Assembly: GCA_038042445.1 (NCBI GenBank) | Contig: JBBTED010000002.1 | Location: 1 to 64,000 of the forward strand | Direction of reading: 5' to 3' | DNA: 64,000 bases | Source: Candidatus Firestoneibacteriota bacterium | GTDB lineage: Bacteria > Oederibacteriota > D2-FULL-39-29 > JBBTED01 | In this document: piece by piece, positions 19,236 to 28,487 of the stretch | Layout of the letters: each line of letters opens with the position of its first letter | Position numbering within the stretch: position 1 is the first letter of the stretch | Made by a program: the position numbers and the translations under genes | The notes under the pieces: generated by a model | The model's input: the letters and a program-made list of their open reading frames with translations, nothing else | The model's database searches: none | Told to the model about the DNA's origin: nothing

Positions 19236-20077
19236 CACCTAAAATAGCTCAAAAAATAGCGTTTGTTCTGATATTTTTAGCAACAATAATAGTAATTATT
19301 CCTGTTCTATTAATATTTGGAATTATATTAGTTAATGGATTGCCTGCAATAAATTTTGAATTTTTATTTTCAATGCCAAAAGAAGGAATGAGAGCAGGCG
19401 GAATTTTCCCTGTAATAATTGGCTCAATTTACCTTGTTACTCTTGCCTGTTTGATTTCTTTACCAATAGGAGTATCAGCTGCAATTTATTTAGTTGAATA
19501 TGCAAAAGAAAATCTACTTACACGATTAATTAAATTAGCAATTGTAAATTTAGCAGGCGTACCCTCTGTAGTATATGGTTTATTTGGGCTTGGGTTATTT
19601 GTAATATTTCTTGGATTTGGTGTATCTATTTTATCTGGCTCTCTTACACTTGCTATAATGACGCTACCAGTAATAATAACTGCTTCAAGAGAAGCTTTAA
19701 CAAGTGTTCCACTATCTTTCAGAGAAGTAAGTTTATCATTAGGCGCTAGCAAATGGCAAACAATACGACATGTAGTTTTACCAAATGCCTTACCTGGAAT
19801 AATGACAGGCACAATATTAAGTGTGTCCCGTATTGCTGGTGAAGCAGCGCCTATTTTATTTACTGTAGCAGCATTTTATCTGCCTAATCTACCAAAATCT
19901 GTTTTTGACCAGGCAATGGCTTTACCATATCACCTTTACATAATTTCAACTCAAATACCTAATATACCCAAAAAATTTACGTATGGAACAGCATTAGTAT
20001 TAGTAATGCTTGTAGCAATAATGAATTTTTCTGCTGTCCTTATACGTTCTCGTTTCAGGAAAAATAAAAAATGGTAG
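19232..20077 (+). CDS. pstA: Phosphate ABC transporter permease
   Basis: NLAGVPSVVYGLFG, RIAGEAAP. Confidence 0.95.
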   Translation: MTPKIAQKIAFVLIFLATIIVIIPVLLIFGIILVNGLPAINFEFLFSMPKEGMRAGGIFPVIIGSIYLVTLACLISLPIGVSAAIYLVEYAKENLLTRLIKLAIVNLAGVPSVVYGLFGLGLFVIFLGFGVSILSGSLTLAIMTLPVIITASREALTSVPLSFREVSLSLGASKWQTIRHVVLPNALPGIMTGTILSVSRIAGEAAPILFTVAAFYLPNLPKSVFDQAMALPYHLYIISTQIPNIPKKFTYGTALVLVMLVAIMNFSAVLIRSRFRKNKKW

Positions 20078-20823
20078 AAAAAATAATTGTCAAAAATTTG
20101 AGTGTTTTTTATGGTAAAGAATTAGTTTTGAAATCAGTTAATTTTTCTGTCCATCAAAATGAAATTCTTGGAATAATAGGACCTGCGAATAGCGGAAAAA
20201 CATCTTTTTTAAGAACACTCAATAGATTAAACAACCTTTTGTCAAATTTTAGGCTTGAAGGCAATATTTATTTGGATAACAAGGATATTTATAAAGAAAT
20301 AAATGTAGAGTTATTGCGAAAAAATTTGGGTATGGTGTTTGCTCTACCTTTGCCACTTCCTATGTCTATATTTGATAATGTAGCTTATGGGCCAAAAATG
20401 TCAGGAATAAAAAACAAAGGTGAATTAAATAGAATTGTTGAAGACTCTTTAAAATCCGCATATCTTTTTGATGAAGTAAAAGACAGACTTGATGAAGCTG
20501 CTTTCAAATTATCCGGTGGACAACAACAAAGACTCTGCATTGCAAGAATGCTTGCTAATAAACCTGAAGTATTACTTTTTGATGAACCCTGCTCAGGATT
20601 AGACCCTATATCTACAGCTAAGGTTGAAGAAGCTATGTCTGAATTAAAAAAACAATATACAATCATACTTGTTACTAATAATGTAAAACAAGCAGCAAGA
20701 GTTTCAGATAGAACTGCATTTTTTCTTGCAGGTGAATTAATAGAAATAGATTCTACAGACAAATTATTTATTTCACCAAAAAACAAGAAAACTGAAGATT
20801 ATATTTCAGGAAGGTTTGGTTAG
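20071..20823 (+). CDS. pstB: Phosphate ABC transporter ATPase, copy 1 (degenerate Q-loop and H-loop)
   Basis: GPANSGKT, LSGGQQQRLCIAR, DEPCSGLDP, YISGRFG; MVFA and VTNN in place of MVFQ and VTHN. Confidence 0.92.
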   Translation: MVEKIIVKNLSVFYGKELVLKSVNFSVHQNEILGIIGPANSGKTSFLRTLNRLNNLLSNFRLEGNIYLDNKDIYKEINVELLRKNLGMVFALPLPLPMSIFDNVAYGPKMSGIKNKGELNRIVEDSLKSAYLFDEVKDRLDEAAFKLSGGQQQRLCIARMLANKPEVLLFDEPCSGLDPISTAKVEEAMSELKKQYTIILVTNNVKQAARVSDRTAFFLAGELIEIDSTDKLFISPKNKKTEDYISGRFG

Positions 20824-20828
20824 TATTT

Positions 20829-21590
20829 ATGGATGCAATTACTGTTAATAATTTAGATTTATACTATGGCCATTTTCATGCTTTAAAATCTGTAAATATG
20901 AAAGTTGCGGAAAAAATTATAACTTCTATCATAGGTCCATCTGGTTGTGGTAAATCCACACTTTTAAGAACATTTAATAGAATGAATGATTTAATAGAAG
21001 GCACATATATTACTGGTGAAATTTTGATAAATAATAAAAATATCTTTGACCAAAATACTGATTTGGATTTATTAAGAAGGAAAGTTGGAATGGTTTTTCA
21101 AAGACCAAATCCTTTTCCCCTTACAATTTTTGAAAATGTTGCATTCGGCTTAAGAATTCATCCAGATATTGGCAGAAAAGTAAAAGAAAAAATACCTGAT
21201 ATTGTTAAAACAAGTTTACAATCGGTATTATTGTGGGATGAAGTAAAAAACAAGTTAAACACTTCAGCTTTGAAACTTTCTTTAGAACAGCAGCAAAGAC
21301 TTTGTATTGCAAGACTTTTACCAATAAAGCCTGAAATACTATTAATGGACGAACCATGCTCAGCACTTGACCCAATTGCAACTTCAAGAGTTGAAGAACT
21401 CTTAATTGAACTTAAAAAAAATTATACAATAGTCATTGTTACACATAATATGCAACAAGCAGCAAGAATATCAGATGAAACAGGTTTTATGCTTTTAGGT
21501 GAATTAATAGAATTTAGTGAAACTAAAGAAATATTTACAAATCCTAAAAACAAACAAACAGAAAACTATATAACAGGAAGATTTGGTTAA
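20829..21590 (+). CDS. pstB: Phosphate ABC transporter ATPase, copy 2 (degenerate signature)
   Basis: GPSGCGKST, MVFQRPNPF, DEPCSALDP, VTHNMQQA, YITGRFG; signature reads LSLEQQQR. Confidence 0.95.
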   Translation: MDAITVNNLDLYYGHFHALKSVNMKVAEKIITSIIGPSGCGKSTLLRTFNRMNDLIEGTYITGEILINNKNIFDQNTDLDLLRRKVGMVFQRPNPFPLTIFENVAFGLRIHPDIGRKVKEKIPDIVKTSLQSVLLWDEVKNKLNTSALKLSLEQQQRLCIARLLPIKPEILLMDEPCSALDPIATSRVEELLIELKKNYTIVIVTHNMQQAARISDETGFMLLGELIEFSETKEIFTNPKNKQTENYITGRFG

Positions 21591-21607
21591 AACAGGAGGA
21601 TAAAAAT

Positions 21608-22273
21608 ATGGAAAGACATTTTGATGAAGAATTGAAGTCTCTAAATGAAAGAATACTTTATATGGGTGGTTTAATAGAATCAATGACCTATAATGCAATA
21701 AAAGCACTTGTAGATAGAAATGCCGATTTAGTCAAAGAAATATTTAAAACCGAAGATGAGGTCAATAAATTACACATAGAAATTGATGATAAATGTTTAA
21801 AACTGGTTGCATTAAGGCAACCAACTGCAGTTGATTTAAGATTTATAGCTTCTGCAATGAAAATAAACAGTGATTTGGAAAGAATGGGTGACCAAGCTGT
21901 AAATATAGCAGAAAATACAGAAGATCTTCTGAAACAACCACAATTAAAACCACTTATAGATTTACCAAAGATGGCAGATATTGCAAAAAATATGGTAAAA
22001 GATAGTTTAGATGCATTTGTAAAAAAAGATGTGGAATTGGCAAAATCCGTACTTGCAAGAGATGATGAAGTAGACAATTTAAAAGATCAAATATTTAGAG
22101 AACTTTTGACCTATATGATAGCTTCACCACAAAATATTGAAAGAAGCTTGGATTTAATACTCATTTCAAGAAATTTAGAACGTATAGGTGACCACGCAAC
22201 AAATATAGCAGAAGATGTTATATTTATGGTTATTGGCAAAGACATTAGACACCATATAGAAGACAAAAAATAA
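21608..22273 (+). CDS. phoU: Phosphate signalling protein PhoU
   Basis: QPTAVDLR, DLERMGD, LERIGDHATNIAE. Confidence 0.97.
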   Translation: MERHFDEELKSLNERILYMGGLIESMTYNAIKALVDRNADLVKEIFKTEDEVNKLHIEIDDKCLKLVALRQPTAVDLRFIASAMKINSDLERMGDQAVNIAENTEDLLKQPQLKPLIDLPKMADIAKNMVKDSLDAFVKKDVELAKSVLARDDEVDNLKDQIFRELLTYMIASPQNIERSLDLILISRNLERIGDHATNIAEDVIFMVIGKDIRHHIEDKK

Positions 22274-22303
22274 TTTCTTTTAATAAATCATACGGGGTTT
22301 ATT

Positions 22304-22324
22304 GTAGTTGCCGATTTATCGACA
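22304..22324. repeat. Single GTAG-type hairpin
   Basis: GTAGTTGCCGATTTATCGACA; inverted relative at 31399-31419. Confidence 0.65.
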
Positions 22325-22365
22325 GTTTTTTGTGCTGATAATTTTTAAACTATAGTTTATTTCCC

Positions 22366-22496
22366 CAGAAATTCCCAAAAATGGTATTTTTGCAGTTTTG
22401 TCATGCTGAATTCATTTCAGTATCTAATAAAATCAAGGGATTTTGAGACCCTGAAACAAGTTCAGGGTGACAAGAAGTCTATTTGGGGAATTTCTG
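22366..22496. mobile_element. 131-bp MITE, copy 2
   Basis: 7 mismatches to copy 1 by manual alignment; own perfect 9-bp TSD TTATTTCCC at 22357-22365 and 22497-22505. Confidence 0.92.
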
Positions 22497-22525
22497 TTAT
22501 TTCCCCTTAAAACTACCATCATATA

Positions 22526-22534
22526 TGTTATAAT
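22526..22534 (+). promoter_or_regulatory. Extended -10 promoter of the ECF sigma gene
   Basis: TGTTATAAT, 8 nt before the ATG; no SD. Confidence 0.55.
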
Positions 22535-22542
22535 TCTATCTT

Positions 22543-23067
22543 ATGGAAGAAAAGGAAATTATACAAAAAATCCTAAAGGGCGATAAAGAAGCATTTGCTG
22601 AATTATTCTTTAAATATGAAAAATTCGTCTTTAATATCATAAGAAGAATAGTAGAAACTGAACAAGATGTTGAAGATATAGCACAAGGAGTATTTCTAAA
22701 ACTTTACACAAATTTATTTCAATTTCAAGGTAGATCAAAATTTTCTACGTGGTTATATCGTATTGTATACAATATTACCCTAAATTTTGTGCAACGCAAA
22801 AAGGATAAATTTGCCACAGAAAATATTGATAATATTTTTGAAATACAAGATACAACAGACCTAATTGATGAACAAGAGATAACAAAAATATATGTAAATA
22901 AATTGCTTGAGTTACTCCCCCCTAATTATAGAACTGTCCTTGAACTTTATTATTTTAAGGATTTATCTTATGAAGAAATTGCAGTAGCGCTAAATATTCC
23001 AATAAATACGGTAAAAACACATATTTCAAGGGCAAAAAATATTATAAGGAAAAAATTAGACAAATGA
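22543..23067 (+). CDS. ECF RNA polymerase sigma factor (SigW/RpoE-like)
   Basis: GDKEAF, EDIAQ, FSTWLYRI, LSYEEIA, NTVKTHISRAK. Confidence 0.93.
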   Translation: MEEKEIIQKILKGDKEAFAELFFKYEKFVFNIIRRIVETEQDVEDIAQGVFLKLYTNLFQFQGRSKFSTWLYRIVYNITLNFVQRKKDKFATENIDNIFEIQDTTDLIDEQEITKIYVNKLLELLPPNYRTVLELYYFKDLSYEEIAVALNIPINTVKTHISRAKNIIRKKLDK

Positions 23068-23091
23068 AACAATCTATGACGAGTTTGTGTC
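23065..23091 (+). promoter_or_regulatory. Putative ECF-type promoter upstream of the DUF4097-tonB genes
   Basis: TGAAAC-17 bp-TGTC overlapping the sigma stop codon; GGAGG SD downstream. Confidence 0.5.
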
Positions 23092-23121
23092 ATATAATTA
23101 AAAGGAGGATTTAAAAAAATC

Positions 23122-24051
23122 ATGTTTAAATATATATGGTTAAGTCTTATAGGTTTTTGTGGATTGATTGTAATAGCAATAACAATTGTATTGTCTATCG
23201 CCATATTTAAACTTTTTGGCAAGCATAAAATATGCAAAGAAGAAATATTTTCCACTAATAAAACAAGTGCAATCAATGGAATAATAGCATCAATAAAATA
23301 TAAAGTTAAAAACAGATTAAATCAATTCCCTTATAAACAAATAATAAATATTTCAACCCTTGAATATAAATCTGACTCTTTTGCTATTAAAACAGCAAGT
23401 GGCAATATTGAAATATCCGGAACAGATGAGAAAAAAGCTCAGGCAACAATTGAAGTATATACGGGTGAACCTGACAATATTTCTGCAGATTTTGCAAATA
23501 ATACAATAGAGGTATCCTCAAAAAAATATATGTGTGGCAATATAAAAGTATTGCTTCCTAAGAATATTAAAAACTTAGAATTAGCATCTGCAAATGGGAA
23601 CATATCTATACAAAACTTTGAAACATCTAAATCTATATTATCTAAAGTTCTCCATGGTACTATTAATATAAATAACTGCAATGAAATATCTGCAATACAA
23701 TTAAAAAGCATAAGTGGAGAATTAAATATAAATAATTCCGAATTAGATATTCTCACCATAAAAACAATAAGTGGTGATATTAGTTTTATTAACTCAACAG
23801 TAGAAAAAGATGACATACATACAATAAGTGGTAATGTTACAATTAATAGTAGTTCAATTAATAATATAGTGCTCATTAGCGTAAGTGGAGATGTCCATAT
23901 AAATAGTTCCAAAATAGCGGTTTTGGTCGCAAAAACAGTCAGTGGTGATATTGATTTTAGAACTTCAGCAATAGAAAAAGATGATATACGAACAATAAGT
24001 GGTGATATTAAAAGAAGCGAAAATACAGTTTCAGATAATGAAAATATATGA
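23122..24051 (+). CDS. Membrane-anchored DUF4097-like beta-strand repeat protein
   Basis: N-terminal TM helix; (T/S)(I/V)SG(D/N/E) repeated every 19 aa. Confidence 0.8.
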   Translation: MFKYIWLSLIGFCGLIVIAITIVLSIAIFKLFGKHKICKEEIFSTNKTSAINGIIASIKYKVKNRLNQFPYKQIINISTLEYKSDSFAIKTASGNIEISGTDEKKAQATIEVYTGEPDNISADFANNTIEVSSKKYMCGNIKVLLPKNIKNLELASANGNISIQNFETSKSILSKVLHGTININNCNEISAIQLKSISGELNINNSELDILTIKTISGDISFINSTVEKDDIHTISGNVTINSSSINNIVLISVSGDVHINSSKIAVLVAKTVSGDIDFRTSAIEKDDIRTISGDIKRSENTVSDNENI

Positions 24052-24653
24052 CGGATAAATTTGGTATTTTAAAAATATCCTTTTTGGTTTCACTATTATT
24101 GCATTTTGCAATATTGTTTTTTTCATCCTTTACTCCAACTGAAGGTGAAATTAACCCAGAAGAATATAAGATTGTACAGCTAATGAATTTAGAGCAACCA
24201 AATCCCTATAAACCAGTAACTCCTGCTGTTTTACCTAAAGTAATTGATGCTCCGGAAGTTACCAATACAGAGGGTGAAATTAAAATAACAGAAAAAGAAG
24301 AGGAGCTTTCACAGGAAACTCCTTTACAACAGGTAGAACCCCAAAAAGAAGAATTTTCATTATATGTACCTTTTTTTAAAGTAGCGCAGTTGCCTGAATT
24401 TATTACAAAAATCAAACCAGAATATCCTGCAAAAGCAAAATTAAAAGGTATAGAATCAACTGTATTAGTAGAAATCTATATTGACATAGAAGGAAATACA
24501 CGAAAAATCATTATACTAAAAAGCGGTGGAGAAGATTTTGATAATGCAACTACAGAAGCGTTGTATAAATCTAAATTCAGACCCGCAATTTCAAAAGATG
24601 GAAAAGCTGTACCTGTAAGAATACGAATTCCATTTAAATTTGAACTGGAGTAA
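24048..24653 (+). CDS. tonB: Energy transducer TonB
   Basis: N-terminal SLLLH TM; PEYPAKAKLKGIE; C-terminal PVRIRIPFKF. Confidence 0.9.
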   Translation: MTDKFGILKISFLVSLLLHFAILFFSSFTPTEGEINPEEYKIVQLMNLEQPNPYKPVTPAVLPKVIDAPEVTNTEGEIKITEKEEELSQETPLQQVEPQKEEFSLYVPFFKVAQLPEFITKIKPEYPAKAKLKGIESTVLVEIYIDIEGNTRKIIILKSGGEDFDNATTEALYKSKFRPAISKDGKAVPVRIRIPFKFELE

Positions 24654-24673
24654 AAAAAACGGGAGATAAATTT

Positions 24674-26965
24674 ATGAAAGCTTTTATTGTATTTACATTA
24701 ATAATATCGCTAAGTAATATTGCATTCACTGAAGATGCATTTAAAGTTACAGGTAAAGTGATTGACTCAATTACAAAAGAACCAATTGAAGGAGTTCTAG
24801 TCAAAGTTAAAGAAGGTAAATTAGCCACTTATACAAGCAAAGATGGAGAATTTTCTTTTGAAATTCCCCCCTACCCCCCTTTACTAAAGGGGGCAGAAAA
24901 GGATGTAACAATTTTAGCTCAAGCTGGCGGTTATAGTGCTTATACTAAAACAATACAATTGCCAGTTCAGCATTTTACAATAGAACTTGAACTTTCAACA
25001 GAATTCACATTTGGACAAATATATGTAAGAGATAAACATAAAAGAATAGAAGGGTCAAAACAGAAAGTAAAATCAGAGCAGATACAAAAAGCCACAACAC
25101 ATCTTTTCTCAGATACCTTAAAATTAGTGCAAACTTTGCCAGGTGTTGTCACAGGAAATGATTTTTCATCTCTTATGTATATACGTGGTGGTGAATTTTA
25201 TGAATCCATATCATTTCTTGATAATGTATACCTTATGATGCCATATATGTGGGGTGGCAATCAAAGTATATTCAATCCTTCTTTTGTAGATACAGTTGAT
25301 TTTTATAGCGGTGGTTTCCCATCTAAATATCCACAAGCCCTATCAGGTGTAATTGATGTCAAAAACATTGAAGGTCATTATGAAAAAACAAACGGATTTG
25401 CGGAAATGTCTGCAGCAAGTTTAGAAGGTTTTATCCAAGGACCAATGGAAACCGATAAATCATCTTATGTATTTGGTGTCCGACGAACTTATTATGATTT
25501 GATTTTGAATTTACTGCAACCAGATAAAGATATAGTCACCCCATTTTTCTATGATGCTCAATCAAAAATTACATGGAAATTAGACGATAAAAACAAACTT
25601 TATTTTAATACTTTAAGTTCTTATGAAGGTATGGATTGGGAAATGGAAGGAACCGAATCTGAGTTTATAAAAAAAGGTGATGCATTTCATTATAGAGACT
25701 CACGAGCATTACCATCATTGAACTGGGAACATATTGCAAATAACAAACTCTCTCTTGGACTTACACTTTCTTACCGTTATCAAAATGGTTCATATCAATG
25801 GAAAGGAACGAATTCAAACTTTGATGCAAAACAACAATTTCAGGAAATATTTTTCCGTGACAAAATAGAATATTTATATGAAAATCATCATTTTGAACAA
25901 GGAATTTATGTATTTACAACATGGGTAAATTCGAATTCAAATGTAAAATATAGGACTCTTATGCCAAAGGGCACATATATTACAACTGAACGTTCGGCTC
26001 AATACAATTGGATTCCATTCACAGCAACAGGAATTTATCTTCAGGATGATATTGAACTAATAAGTAAATTATTATTTTTAAATGTGGGAAGTTCTGTAGA
26101 ATACTTTGATTATACAAAGGATAAAACCTTTGCTCCAAAAGCAGGGATTAAAATTGATTTAACAGAAGATACAACATTAAAATTTAATACTGGTTTATAT
26201 ACACAGTTCCCTGTTTTTGCTGGAAATAATGAACCTCCTATCTTAAGAAATAGCAGTCTTAAATCAGAAAAAGCAATGCACTATGTTGTAGGAATTGAAC
26301 ATAATTTATCTGAAAGTTATTTTCTCCGTATTGAGGGCTATCAAAAAGATTATTATGATAGAGTTATATCTGATCCTGACCCAAATTTGTATTATACAAA
26401 TAATGGTATAAGACGCACAAAAGGAATTGATGTGTTTTTGCAAAAGAAAATATCTACACAATGGGATGGTTGGCTTGCCTATTCATATCTTACAGCAGAG
26501 GACAAAATAACAAAGCGTAGCAACCCTGAAGATTTTTCAAATAGAAGTTCTTTAGATTATCAAGAACCTGTTAATGAATGGTTCACCTTTTCAAAAGAAC
26601 GAAAACATAACATCTCTATTATGCTAAATTACGAATTTGTTCCCAAGTGGAAAATTGCATCTACATACAGATTTTCAACTGGAACTCCATACACGCCTGT
26701 ATCAGGAGCACAAAATTTTAACGGCGTATATGTGCCAAATTATGGAGCATATTTATCTGAGATACTACCAAATTATCACAGACTTGATTTTAAATTTACA
26801 ATGCCATTTTTTGGTATAGAAAATATGGAATCTTTTATACAAACCATAAATACTTTTGGAAATAAAAATATAGATCACTATTATTACAGTGAAGATTATA
26901 CAAAAAGAGAAGAAGCAACAATGTTACCATTTCTATTTATTGGTGGCATAAGATATAATTTTTAA
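24674..26965 (+). CDS. TonB-dependent receptor with N-terminal carboxypeptidase-regulatory-like domain
   Basis: Signal peptide; VTGKVIDS..EPI; plug LPGV...YIRGG, GGFPSKY..ALSGVID; ends GIRYNF. Confidence 0.92.
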   Translation: MKAFIVFTLIISLSNIAFTEDAFKVTGKVIDSITKEPIEGVLVKVKEGKLATYTSKDGEFSFEIPPYPPLLKGAEKDVTILAQAGGYSAYTKTIQLPVQHFTIELELSTEFTFGQIYVRDKHKRIEGSKQKVKSEQIQKATTHLFSDTLKLVQTLPGVVTGNDFSSLMYIRGGEFYESISFLDNVYLMMPYMWGGNQSIFNPSFVDTVDFYSGGFPSKYPQALSGVIDVKNIEGHYEKTNGFAEMSAASLEGFIQGPMETDKSSYVFGVRRTYYDLILNLLQPDKDIVTPFFYDAQSKITWKLDDKNKLYFNTLSSYEGMDWEMEGTESEFIKKGDAFHYRDSRALPSLNWEHIANNKLSLGLTLSYRYQNGSYQWKGTNSNFDAKQQFQEIFFRDKIEYLYENHHFEQGIYVFTTWVNSNSNVKYRTLMPKGTYITTERSAQYNWIPFTATGIYLQDDIELISKLLFLNVGSSVEYFDYTKDKTFAPKAGIKIDLTEDTTLKFNTGLYTQFPVFAGNNEPPILRNSSLKSEKAMHYVVGIEHNLSESYFLRIEGYQKDYYDRVISDPDPNLYYTNNGIRRTKGIDVFLQKKISTQWDGWLAYSYLTAEDKITKRSNPEDFSNRSSLDYQEPVNEWFTFSKERKHNISIMLNYEFVPKWKIASTYRFSTGTPYTPVSGAQNFNGVYVPNYGAYLSEILPNYHRLDFKFTMPFFGIENMESFIQTINTFGNKNIDHYYYSEDYTKREEATMLPFLFIGGIRYNF
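24862..24893. repeat. C-rich hairpin repeat in frame inside the TBDR gene
   Basis: AATTCCCCCCTACCCCCCTTTACTAAAGGGGG, 31/32 identical to the intergenic copy at 51767-51798. Confidence 0.9.
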
Positions 26966-26980
26966 ATTACATTTTAAAAA

Positions 26981-27012
26981 TGGTAGCCGCAGGCTAAAGC
27001 CTGCGACTACCA
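26981..27012. repeat. Collapsed GTAG-type REP hairpin
   Basis: TGGTAGCCGCAGGCTAAAGCCTGCGACTACCA. Confidence 0.85.
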
Positions 27013-27037
27013 AAGCAATACAAACAAGGAGGGTAAA

Positions 27038-27670
27038 ATGCTATACGGTTTCACGTTGTTTGAGTTATTTAAACTTGGTGGAATTTTTATGTGGCCACTT
27101 TTGTTGTTTTCAGTAATAGGAGTTGCATTTATAATTGAACGTAGCTATATATTTCTAAAATCTGATTTAAAACCAAACAATACTATTCCCAAAATGTTTG
27201 ATAACTTAAAAACAAAAGATGTAAAAAAAGCAAAAGAATCTTTAGAAAATAGCAAAAAAAACCATATATCTGATGTACTTAAAACTGGATTAGATATGAT
27301 AGAACAAGATATCGGCAGAATGGAAAAATCTATGGAAGCTGCAACTACAATAAAAGTAAAAAAATTAGAAAAAGGGTTAAATGTATTTGTTGTATTAAGT
27401 AATATTGCACCACTTACAGGATTTCTTGGCACTGTTTCTGGTATGATAAATGCGTTCAAATCAATAGCAACAGCAGAAGAAGTATCAACACAACTCGTTG
27501 CAATAGGAATATATGAAGCATTGATTACAACTGTTGCAGGATTAATTATAGCAATAGTAGTAGTAAGTGCTTACAATATATTTATCCATAAAATCGATAA
27601 TTTTATTTCTGACACTGAAAGATTTTCCAATGAAATGATAGAAACCTTGATTGAGCAAAAAATAAAATGA
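27038..27670 (+). CDS. exbB: MotA/TolQ/ExbB proton channel protein
   Basis: GGIFMWPL, APLTGFLGTVSGMI, EALITTVAGL. Confidence 0.92.
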   Translation: MLYGFTLFELFKLGGIFMWPLLLFSVIGVAFIIERSYIFLKSDLKPNNTIPKMFDNLKTKDVKKAKESLENSKKNHISDVLKTGLDMIEQDIGRMEKSMEAATTIKVKKLEKGLNVFVVLSNIAPLTGFLGTVSGMINAFKSIATAEEVSTQLVAIGIYEALITTVAGLIIAIVVVSAYNIFIHKIDNFISDTERFSNEMIETLIEQKIK

Positions 27671-28041
27671 AGGTAAAATCAATAAAAAATAAAATAAATG
27701 AAATACCAATGGCTTCAATGTCTGACATTGCATTTTTACTTATAATATTTTTTATAATATCAATGTCATTTCTTTACAGACAAGGCATACAACTTTCTTT
27801 GCCTAAAAAAGATACTACGCCTGTAATTGTACAACTTAAAAATATATTAATTCTAAAGTTAGATAAAAATGGTGTTTTATACGAGCAAAACAAAATAACA
27901 ACATTTAACAAAATAAAAACAATTAAAAAAACTGCTGCTATTATCAAAGTTGAAAAAACTTGCAGATATAAATATTTGGTTTCACTTATAGAAAATCTAC
28001 AAAAAAATAATATAACAAAAATTTCGCTCAAAAAAATATGA
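27667..28041 (+). CDS. exbD: ExbD/TolR family protein
   Basis: SMSDIAFLLIIFF. Confidence 0.88.
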   Translation: MKVKSIKNKINEIPMASMSDIAFLLIIFFIISMSFLYRQGIQLSLPKKDTTPVIVQLKNILILKLDKNGVLYEQNKITTFNKIKTIKKTAAIIKVEKTCRYKYLVSLIENLQKNNITKISLKKI

Positions 28042-28442
28042 AGAGAAAAAGAAGAGATATAAGTATACCTGTAGTATCAATGGCAGATATTGCATTTCTT
28101 TTATTAATATTTCTAATGGTACCAAGTATAACATCCACTAAAAATAAAAAAACTATACATCTTAATTTGCCAAAAGTAGAAGATGCAACAAAAGTAAGCA
28201 TGAAAAAATCTGACGACATCTTTATTACAAAAGAAGGCGGATATTTTTATCAAGGCAAAGAATCAACCCTTGATGAAATAAACGAGAAATTATCCACTAA
28301 AACTGTTTTAAATAAAAATATTGTAGTATTTGTTCATAGTGATGAAGACACAGAATATGAATATATCAACAGAGTAATAGAAATATTACAATTTAATCAA
28401 TTGCAAAATTGTGTATTTGTATCCAAGAAAATTAAGAAGTAA
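28038..28442 (+). CDS. exbD: ExbD/TolR family protein
   Basis: SMADIAFLLLIFLMV. Confidence 0.9.
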   Translation: MKRKRRDISIPVVSMADIAFLLLIFLMVPSITSTKNKKTIHLNLPKVEDATKVSMKKSDDIFITKEGGYFYQGKESTLDEINEKLSTKTVLNKNIVVFVHSDEDTEYEYINRVIEILQFNQLQNCVFVSKKIKK

Positions 28443-28487
28443 TTCCCCCTCAGTCCCCCTTTATTAAAGGGGGTTAGGAATGAGATT
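28441..28487. repeat. C-rich hairpin repeat at a convergent junction; supplies the rlmB stop
   Basis: AATTCCCCCTCAGTCCCCCTTTATTAAAGGGGGTTAGGAATGAGATT. Confidence 0.8.

Noticed and set aside
17227..22505. pst operon acquired as a composite transposon
   Set aside because: Each MITE has its own 9-bp TSD and the outer flanks (GATTGACTT vs TTATTTCCC) do not match, so the insertions were independent.
23700..24010. 57-bp periodic (A/G)T(A/C)AGTGG repeats as a CRISPR array or VNTR
   Set aside because: They are in-frame 19-aa beta-strand repeats of the DUF4097 protein; the conserved part is too short and no cas genes are present.
28442..28464. Coding-strand switch as a replication terminus
   Set aside because: No dif-like site was recognised and one convergent junction is not enough evidence.
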